Positions 35,682 to 41,059 of a DNA stretch of 41,059 bases are shown here, one piece after another (the stretch's first letter is position 1; the number at the start of each line of letters is the position of its first letter). Both the position numbers and the translations under genes were made by a program. Under the pieces are notes generated by a model. It was not told the DNA's origin. It was given only the letters and a program-made list of their open reading frames with translations, and did no database searches. Origin of the DNA: a virus. The stretch is taken from UHGV virus genome UHGV-1274323. One strand, 5' to 3'.

Positions 35682-36161
35682 ATGGCGGACGTGAAAGTGC
35701 AAATCCAGCTTTTGGACGAAGAAACAGGTGAGGTGGTTACAATAGTTGATCCCATTACCTCACCGGATGCGGTAATGTTTTCTGACGGAAAGACTTTATC
35801 GCAAAAACTTGAGGAAATTGAGTTGACACCAGGCCCAAAGGGGGACAAGGGAGATAAAGGCGATCCGGGCACGGCCGGAACATCCGCGACCATTACGGGG
35901 GCTACGGCTACGGTGGACGCCAATACGGGAACCCCTTCTGTAACGGTTACACCTGGGGGAACCGCTTCCGCGCGTACCTTCGCCTTTGCTTTCAAAAATC
36001 TAAAAGGCGCCACCGGGGCTCAAGGGCCAAAGGGAGCGACCGGAGCCGCTGGAGCTACTGGGCCTAAAGGAGACAAAGGTGATCCAGGTGACAATGTGAA
36101 AGTGGGTACCTCCTTGAGTTCGGCTACGGAACGGAAGCTGTTTTTCAAGGTGGTGATTTGA
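35682..36161 (+). CDS. Collagen-like (Gly-X-Y) repeat protein
   Basis: [20 protein letters not shown]… and [29 protein letters not shown] triplet repeats. RBS AAAGGAGGAAAAAAG. Confidence 0.75.
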   Translation: MADVKVQIQLLDEETGEVVTIVDPITSPDAVMFSDGKTLSQKLEEIELTPGPKGDKGDKGDPGTAGTSATITGATATVDANTGTPSVTVTPGGTASARTFAFAFKNLKGATGAQGPKGATGAAGATGPKGDKGDPGDNVKVGTSLSSATERKLFFKVVI

Positions 36162-36162
36162 T

Positions 36163-36657
36163 TTGAGTGCCATCCCGATACAAATCCAGGATACCGAAGG
36201 AAATATCTATCTGCCACAAACCAGCGTGGAGAATGTGGACGGGGCGGCGGCAGCAAGCGCCGGAACCTTGGAAGTAGACATTCCGGTGGACTGTGCAGAT
36301 GGGATATCCAAGTCGGTGAGCGGGAGTTATGTCCGTTGCGGAGACATGGTGACGGTTGGCGTTACATTCAGCGTGGAAACGGCTACCTCGAATTTGACGG
36401 GGACACTCGCCATCACAGGGCTGCCTTTTACGGCCAAATATGATGCTTATGCTGCATTAGCGGCCGATGGGACAAGCCACGATACGTCTCCTGTGCTTGC
36501 CTGTATAAAGGCGGGAAGCAATCAGATCGTTTTTGTTGGTGCGCAGGAGATAAGCGGCGCTCCGATATATTCATGGAAAACACTCGCTGCCGGAGATGTG
36601 TACTCAACGGTAGGATTTAAAGGCAATTTTACACTGACCTATATGGCGGCAGAATAA
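36163..36657 (+). CDS. Fibre-associated hypothetical protein (164 aa)
   Basis: TTG start coupled to the upstream stop, RBS GGTGGTG. It lies between the collagen-like gene and the endolysin. Confidence 0.45.
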   Translation: MSAIPIQIQDTEGNIYLPQTSVENVDGAAAASAGTLEVDIPVDCADGISKSVSGSYVRCGDMVTVGVTFSVETATSNLTGTLAITGLPFTAKYDAYAALAADGTSHDTSPVLACIKAGSNQIVFVGAQEISGAPIYSWKTLAAGDVYSTVGFKGNFTLTYMAAE

Positions 36658-36672
36658 AAGGAGGAAAAGAAA

Positions 36673-37749
36673 ATGAGTAAAGCAAAAATCATGATCGATC
36701 CGGGACACGGGCCGGGATGTGTCAACGGGGGACCTACGGGGTACCTTGAACATGAAGGCATGTGGAAGCTGTCTGGATATCTGAAAACGGCGCTGGAACG
36801 GTGTGGATGTGAGGTGGCACTGACACGCGCGGAGAGCGAACGTCCTGAATTGACGGAACGCGGGAACAAGGCGGCAGGGTATGACCTGATGATCAGTGAG
36901 CACAGCAACGCCGGAGGCGGGCGCGGTGCAGAGGCGTACTACTCCGTGCGGCAGCCGGAAAACCAGGGGATGGCTGCGGAGCTGGCAGAAGCGGCATCAA
37001 CGGTACTGGGGTCTCCCAGCCGGGGCGCGAAGACAAAGCGATCCACCAACGATCCCAGCTACGATTACTATACCGTCATCGGTTACGCCGTGGCTGCCGG
37101 GTGTCCAAAGGTGTTTATCTGCGAGAACGGGTTCCACGACAATACCCATGATGAGGCGGTGCTCAAGCAGGATGGTAAGCTCCGGGAGATGGCGGAGGCT
37201 CAGGCGAAAGTGATCTGCGCACATCTGGGAGTGACGTATACCGAAAATACTGAACCGGAGGACGAGCCTGAACCAGCTCCTTCTCCTTCCGAGTTCGCCG
37301 TAGGGGACGCCGTCCGGGTACGGGCTGGCGTGGAGTACTTCGCCACGGGGCAGCACATGGCTTCCTGGGTGTGCGAAAGTGTGCTGTACGTTATCCAGGT
37401 GGGGAATGGTAAGGTTCTGGTTTCCACCGCTCCCGGCGGCGCAGCAACGGGCTGGATCAAGACGGGTGATCTGGTAGCGGAAGGGGGAGGTCCTGTTGCG
37501 CCTTCCGAGCCTGAACCGTCCCAGCCGGAGCCCACGCCTCAGCCTGATCCCTCCGGCTTCGCTGTAGGGGATGCGGTAAAGGTACGAGATGGCGCGGAAT
37601 ATTTCGCCACGGGGCAGCACATGGCTTCCTTCGTCCGGCAGGGCGTGCTGTATGTCCTCCAGGTGGGCAGCGGCAAAGTGCTGGTGAGTACGGCTCCGGG
37701 AGGAGCGGCCACCGGGTGGATCCGGACCGAGGATCTGGTGAAAGCGTAA
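36673..37749 (+). CDS. Endolysin: N-acetylmuramoyl-L-alanine amidase (Amidase_3) with two C-terminal cell-wall-binding repeats
   Basis: IDPGHGPG…LTRAE…YDLMISEHSNAG…EAYY are the Amidase_3 zinc-site motifs. The C-terminal ~60-aa unit FAVGDAVxVRxGxEYFATGQHMAS…VLYVxQVGxGKVLVSTAPGGAATGWIxTxDLV occurs twice (nt ~37297-37480 and 37555-37740). Confidence 0.85.
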   Translation: MSKAKIMIDPGHGPGCVNGGPTGYLEHEGMWKLSGYLKTALERCGCEVALTRAESERPELTERGNKAAGYDLMISEHSNAGGGRGAEAYYSVRQPENQGMAAELAEAASTVLGSPSRGAKTKRSTNDPSYDYYTVIGYAVAAGCPKVFICENGFHDNTHDEAVLKQDGKLREMAEAQAKVICAHLGVTYTENTEPEDEPEPAPSPSEFAVGDAVRVRAGVEYFATGQHMASWVCESVLYVIQVGNGKVLVSTAPGGAATGWIKTGDLVAEGGGPVAPSEPEPSQPEPTPQPDPSGFAVGDAVKVRDGAEYFATGQHMASFVRQGVLYVLQVGSGKVLVSTAPGGAATGWIRTEDLVKA

Positions 37750-37760
37750 GGAGGAACAAC

Positions 37761-38051
37761 ATGGACGAATTGGCGGTAAAAGTGGCAACCCTTGAACAGC
37801 GGCAAACCGTATCGGAGCACCGGATCAAAGACCTGGAGGGAGAAGTAAGGGATATCCGCACTTTAACCGCCGCTATGGCCAGGGTCAATGAAAAGGTGGA
37901 CGGGCTGTGCGGAGACGTGGAAGAGATCAAAAAGGATGTTAAAGACATCACGGCGCGTCCGGGACGGAAATGGGACAAGCTGGTGGCAGCAGCGATCGGG
38001 GCGATAGGCTCCGCCCTGGTCGCTAGCCTCCTTGCTCTTATTCTGAAATAA
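37761..38051 (+). CDS. XhlA-like lysis-associated membrane protein
   Basis: RBS AAGGAGGAACAAC. N-terminal coiled coil, then a C-terminal TM segment LVAAAIGAIGSALVASLLALIL. Adjacent to the holin and endolysin. Confidence 0.55.
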   Translation: MDELAVKVATLEQRQTVSEHRIKDLEGEVRDIRTLTAAMARVNEKVDGLCGDVEEIKKDVKDITARPGRKWDKLVAAAIGAIGSALVASLLALILK

Positions 38052-38067
38052 GGAAGGATGAATCAAA

Positions 38068-38280
38068 ATGAAAAACATGAAAAGCTGGATCAAGGCTGCG
38101 GGCGTCCGTGCAATCAAGACAGTGGCGCAGACGGCGGTAGCCACCATCGGAACTTCCGCCGTGATCGGAGATGTAAACTGGGTTATGGTCGCCAGCGCGT
38201 CCGCCCTTGCCGGTATCCTGTCCCTGCTTACGTCTATTGCGGGTCTGCCCGAGGTGAGCGTAGGAGAAACAACCGAATAG
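38068..38280 (+). CDS. Holin (LL-H family)
   Basis: [28 protein letters not shown]…[26 protein letters not shown] matches the LL-H holin pattern (…AGIRAIKTFAQT…LTSxAGLPEV). Confidence 0.8.
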   Translation: MKNMKSWIKAAGVRAIKTVAQTAVATIGTSAVIGDVNWVMVASASALAGILSLLTSIAGLPEVSVGETTE

Positions 38281-38290
38281 GCAAAGAGAA

Positions 38291-38330
38291 AGCCGGGGCA
38301 TCCTAACGGGTGCTCCGGCTATTTGTTTTG
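38291..38330 (+). terminator. Rho-independent terminator after the lysis cassette
   Basis: AGCCGGGGCA-tcctaacggg-TGCTCCGGCT (10-bp stem with one G·U) followed by ATTTGTTTTGGGGTTTT. Confidence 0.65.
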
Positions 38331-38442
38331 GGGTTTTACGATAATAGCAATGGAGCACAACATAAATTTACCGACTTATTACCGACTTAGTAAAGGCAAA
38401 ATAGCATATTTCGTGCTAGAAATTGTTATCTCAAAACATAGC

Positions 38443-38488
38443 AAAAACCCTGTATTCAAGCCGTTTTTGGCATAAATACAGGGTTTTT
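38443..38488. terminator. Long perfect hairpin (candidate bidirectional terminator) inside the att region
   Basis: AAAAACCCTGTATT … AATACAGGGTTTTT: 14-bp inverted repeat with an 18-nt loop, A-run on one side and T-run on the other. Confidence 0.5.
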
Positions 38489-38492
38489 ACTA

Positions 38493-38522
38493 TGGCGGAG
38501 AAGGAGGGACTCGAACCCTCAT
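38493..38522 (-). other. tRNA 3'-end fragment (T-arm plus acceptor 3' strand plus CCA): integration core, not a complete tRNA
   Basis: The reverse complement reads GAGGGTTCGAGTCCCTCCTTCTCCGCCA, a GGTTCGAGTCC T-loop stem plus acceptor strand and CCA. No matching 5' acceptor strand, D-arm or anticodon arm is found upstream. Confidence 0.6.
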
Positions 38523-38577
38523 AAAACTGTGTAATATCAATAGCTCGGCTTGTCTTTACCGATTTACTACCGACTTA

Positions 38578-39591
38578 TTATGTTATTGCTAAATTAAGTT
38601 TTTTGGCGGTTTCTTTTCGGCGTTTATTGGTTATGTGGGTGTAGATGTCCCGTGTGGTTGATATATTTGCGTGCCCTAAAAGTTCCTGCGCATCTTTATC
38701 CTCTATTCCTGCCTCAAATAAAATCGTCGCATACGCATGACGTAACTGATGGGGGGTAACAGTTACGCCGGATTCTTTCTGATACAATTCCCACTGCCGT
38801 TGAAACTGTGTCTCAGTGAGCAGCTCACCATCAGCGTTAGGGAAGAGAAGGGCATCCTTATCTTTCTGCGTAGGTAGTTTTTTGGCCAATATGTTCAGCA
38901 ATATAACCTCCCGGCATCCTGCGGCAGTTTTAGGTTGCTTTATATGTGGTCGATTATTATCATGATACACCGACTTTGATATATAAATCAATCCGTTTTT
39001 TCGATCAATATCACCGTATGTGAGAGCAAGGGCCTCCCCGCGCCGACAGCCAGTATATAGCAGGAAATATGCAAACAGTCCGAAAGTGCAATTTAAGCCC
39101 TTTTTTACCTTTTCTATCTCTTTTTCATCCGGAATATCGCGCCGTTTCTTGGGAAGGCCCTTCGGGATTTTTACAGATGCGGCGGGATTGTATTCCAGCC
39201 GTCCATCCAGCACACTTTTTTCAAATATAAGGTGGATAACTAAGAGCTGGGTGCGCACGGTTTTTTGAGCAAAACCTTGTTTGGCCATTTTCTCTAACAT
39301 ACGGCTGATTGCTTTCGGGGTTATCGTTTGCTCGTCCTGGTCGCCAAATTCTTCTATTGCGCGGCGAAGAGCGGGCTTATATCCTTTAAGAGTGTTGTAT
39401 TCCAAAGTAGGAAAATGTTCCTTTTCCCATTCTTCCGCTGATACTTTGAATTTAATGCCGTGTTTAGTTTCTTCTTTATATTCAGCAATTTTTCGGTTCA
39501 GTTCACGCTCATTATGGCCGTAAAACGACTTTCTTTTTCCGTTTATGGTAACTTGCCGCTGTATCAATCCATCGGGTCGTCGTGTAGCCAT
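38578..39591 (-). CDS. int: Tyrosine site-specific integrase
   Basis: C-terminal HQLRHAYATILFEAGIEDKDAQELLGHANISTTRDIYTHI (R…HxxR…Y catalytic signature). N-terminal SAM-like/arm-binding region. The ATG at 39591 is preceded by RBS AAGAGGAGA. The listed ORF extends 10 codons upstream to a TTG. Confidence 0.9.
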   Translation of the reverse strand: MATRRPDGLIQRQVTINGKRKSFYGHNERELNRKIAEYKEETKHGIKFKVSAEEWEKEHFPTLEYNTLKGYKPALRRAIEEFGDQDEQTITPKAISRMLEKMAKQGFAQKTVRTQLLVIHLIFEKSVLDGRLEYNPAASVKIPKGLPKKRRDIPDEKEIEKVKKGLNCTFGLFAYFLLYTGCRRGEALALTYGDIDRKNGLIYISKSVYHDNNRPHIKQPKTAAGCREVILLNILAKKLPTQKDKDALLFPNADGELLTETQFQRQWELYQKESGVTVTPHQLRHAYATILFEAGIEDKDAQELLGHANISTTRDIYTHITNKRRKETAKKLNLAIT

Positions 39592-39756
39592 TCTAAAGGA
39601 TCTCCTCTTAGTTTTTTTCAATCCATGTGCCCCGCATTAAGATCAGCAAAGGGGCCGGTTCCGCAGCCCTATTTTTAAATCCCCCTGCTTTGTATTTTGC
39701 GGACGGCTTCTATTCTGTCCGGATCAATAAAGATAATGTCGTTATCTTCGTTCATA

Positions 39757-40392
39757 TTATATAACCTTACTGGTAAATGCTACGGCTTTACCTAATATAC
39801 GGATTTTGTTGGTGGCATCACCTATAAATACAAGTGGCTGATATTTTGGGTTCGCTGGTATCAGCGTTATTTGGTTGTCATCCTTATACACCCTTTTCAG
39901 CGTTGAGCGGGATTCTGACTGATTGTCTATCAACACAACGGCAATTTCCCCATTTTCGACATCGGGCTGTTCCTTAACATAAATAATGTCACCGTCATAT
40001 ATACGGGCATCAATCATACTGTCGCCCTCGCATCGTACCGCAAAATCGCATTTTACGTCCGTAGGAACTACCACGTATTCTTCTATGTTCTGTACCGCGG
40101 TTAGTGGTTCTCCACACGCAATTGTGCCGAGCAACGGCTTCTTTCCCCTTTTGGGGAGCGGAAGCATATTGGTAGCGTGTACTTCTGCTGGTTCTTCCCA
40201 GCCCATAAGATAAGCGGGGGTTGTGCTGAGTGCGATGGCAAATTCCGATATTTTGCTTTGATTTATATCGCGCAATCCTAATTCTATTTTATTGATCGTA
40301 GAACGTGATTTGTATCCTAGCTTATAGGCGAGTTCCTGTTGTGACATTCCAAGTTCTTCTCTCCGGAGTTTAATCCTATCGTATATAGTCAT
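39757..40392 (-). CDS. CI/LexA-like repressor (HTH_XRE plus S24 peptidase domain)
   Basis: N-terminal HTH (ELGMSQQELAYKLGYKSRSTINKIELG). C-terminal S24 signature GDSM with a downstream Lys (…VRCEGDSMIDARIYDGDIIYVKEQ…). Confidence 0.85.
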   Translation of the reverse strand: MTIYDRIKLRREELGMSQQELAYKLGYKSRSTINKIELGLRDINQSKISEFAIALSTTPAYLMGWEEPAEVHATNMLPLPKRGKKPLLGTIACGEPLTAVQNIEEYVVVPTDVKCDFAVRCEGDSMIDARIYDGDIIYVKEQPDVENGEIAVVLIDNQSESRSTLKRVYKDDNQITLIPANPKYQPLVFIGDATNKIRILGKAVAFTSKVI

Positions 40393-40492
40393 TATCTTTG
40401 CCCCTTTGTTATTTTATTTGATCTATTGCAAGGTGGTTTATATCGCATAATGAAAGGTGGTTGCGCAAGTTTTACAATAGTATCAATATATC

Positions 40493-40849
40493 TCATCCAA
40501 CACATTTCTTACACGGCGTGTATCCTTGGGCGATAGCCTGATCCAGTTCCACAGCAAATGAATTCTTACCGCCGCAGGTGCTCCTGTAATGGTATCGCTT
40601 CCCTGTAGGAGTTATGTACACGGTACGGGAGATTTTTTGCTGTGTTGTTGGTTCTGCAATAATGGGTGGAACTGTAGTCGAGGTTTGATTCCGCGTGGTT
40701 GTAGTAGTGATTTGAGCTGTGCTTTGCGAAGACACAGAAGGCAGATGATTTTCAAGTATTTCGCCTTCTGTCTGGCTTGTGTTCAGATTCCCGCAGGCAG
40801 CAAGGAAAAGAAGGGTACACGAAAAAATGGCCGCAAAAAGTTTTTTCAT
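40493..40849 (-). CDS. Lipoprotein moron with Cys/His cluster (YHYRSTC…GYTPCKKC)
   Basis: Signal peptide MKKLFAAIFSCTLLFLAAC with a lipobox. RBS GGAGGAG. It shares the YH-x3-C…GY-x-C-x-KC motif with the 1155..2546 protein. Confidence 0.75.
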   Translation of the reverse strand: MKKLFAAIFSCTLLFLAACGNLNTSQTEGEILENHLPSVSSQSTAQITTTTTRNQTSTTVPPIIAEPTTQQKISRTVYITPTGKRYHYRSTCGGKNSFAVELDQAIAQGYTPCKKCVG

Positions 40850-40872
40850 TTGAACTCCTCCACATCAAAGAT

Positions 40873-40899
40873 TGACATTATTTGTCGTAAAGGTATAAT
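40873..40899 (+). promoter_or_regulatory. Near-consensus sigma70 promoter (TTGACA-15 nt-TATAAT) with no ORF downstream
   Basis: TTGACA at 40873-40878 and TATAAT at 40894-40899. Transcription would run into the hairpin at 40946-40972. Confidence 0.5.
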
Positions 40900-40945
40900 G
40901 AGAATGTGAAGGATGATCTCTCAAAAAGATAATTCTTTACTTAAA

Positions 40946-40985
40946 CTCTCCAAGGGGTCCAGCCTTGGAGAGTTCTCTATTCTGC
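40946..40985. terminator. Perfect 10-bp stem-loop with flanking U-rich tracts (bidirectional terminator, or 3' end of a short RNA)
   Basis: CTCTCCAAGG-ggtccag-CCTTGGAGAG followed by TTCTCTATTCTG. On the reverse strand it is followed by TTTAAGTAAAGAATTATCTTTTT. Confidence 0.55.
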
Positions 40986-41059
40986 ATATATATCGATATG
41001 TCGTTTATTAAGCGGTTTAGGGTGTGACTTTGCTTTTTTGATTTCAAGCTCCACCATAA

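Larger units (their letters stand above)
38369..38580. other. attP-type attachment region: 26-bp direct repeats (arm-type sites) flanking a tRNA-3'-end-like core
   Basis: TTTACCGACTTATTACCGACTTAGTA (38369-38394) matches TTTACCGATTTACTACCGACTTATTA (38555-38580) at 23/26 positions. Each contains two CCGA(C/T)TTA units. The pair flanks the tRNA fragment and ends exactly at the integrase stop codon. Confidence 0.55.
1..41059. mobile_element. Temperate phage genome (prophage or excised, circularly permuted phage contig)
   Basis: Contiguous lysogeny, replication, packaging, head, tail, lysis and integrase modules. A tyrosine integrase lies next to a tRNA-3'-end-like core. Gene content is typical of phages of Firmicutes. 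Confidence 0.9.

Noticed and set aside
38493-38575. Complete tRNA gene
   Set aside because: Only the T-arm, acceptor 3' strand and CCA are recognisable. The upstream sequence lacks a complementary 5' acceptor strand, D-arm and anticodon stem. It is treated as an att-core fragment.
39679-39755. 25-codon minus-strand ORF between the CI-like repressor and the integrase (MNEDNDIIFIDPDRIEAVRKIQSRGI)
   Set aside because: Too short and without a convincing RBS. It may be a leader or regulatory peptide, but nothing supports it.

Overview
The window reads as an essentially complete temperate phage genome of about 41 kb, either a prophage or an excised phage contig. The host is most likely a moderately high-GC member of the Clostridia; GC looks roughly 55-62% by eye, lower in the lysogeny genes. 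Almost all genes are on the + strand in the usual early-to-late order. (1) 1-3500: divergent lysogeny/early control region. It has an XRE-family repressor gene overlapping a truncated ImmA-like HExxH peptidase gene that runs off the left edge, a consensus sigma70 promoter embedded in CTTAG operator-like repeats, and a Xis/Cro-like HTH gene. (2) 1155-2546: a membrane-protein moron with three tandem repeats. (3) 2600-4800: many small early genes. (4) 4800-9200: recombination/replication module with a Sak4-like ATPase, a PD-(D/E)XK nuclease, an SSB-like protein ending DDELPF, an ERCC4-type nuclease and a DUF927/D5-like primase-helicase. (5) 9200-9480: dense field of GTGGGAC/GTCCCAC iterons around an AT-rich core, proposed as the replication origin. 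(6) 9500-12400: small genes including an ASCH-like protein, a Lar-type anti-restriction zinc-ribbon protein and two Cys-rich proteins. (7) 12472-19222: terminase small and large subunits, portal, a phage-encoded Prp-family cysteine protease, scaffold and major capsid; both scaffold and capsid carry Prp-type LxLQxF cleavage motifs at their N-termini. (8) 19307-23171: four structural genes of unknown role. (9) 23190-32768: one giant 3192-aa ORF with tape-measure/ejection-protein-like Gly-rich hydrophobic and coiled-coil regions plus embedded enzymatic modules. These are a PARP-like (H-Y-E class) ADP-ribosyltransferase signature, two HExxH zincin motifs and a ~1.4-kb low-GC in-frame cassette. It is the best candidate for a previously undescribed virion-delivered multi-effector ('polyvalent') protein. 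(10) 32827-38280: Ala-rich coiled-coil tail fibre, collagen-like protein, Amidase_3 endolysin with duplicated cell-wall-binding repeats, XhlA-like protein and LL-H holin. (11) 38369-38580: a fragment of a tRNA 3' end flanked by 26-bp direct repeats, directly abutting a tyrosine integrase gene; this looks like an attP-type attachment site. It is followed by a CI-like S24 repressor and a lipoprotein moron on the minus strand. The lysogeny genes appear to continue across the window end into the window start, so the window is probably a circularly permuted complete genome. A tandem-prophage junction remains possible. I found no CRISPR array, no rRNA and no intact tRNA.
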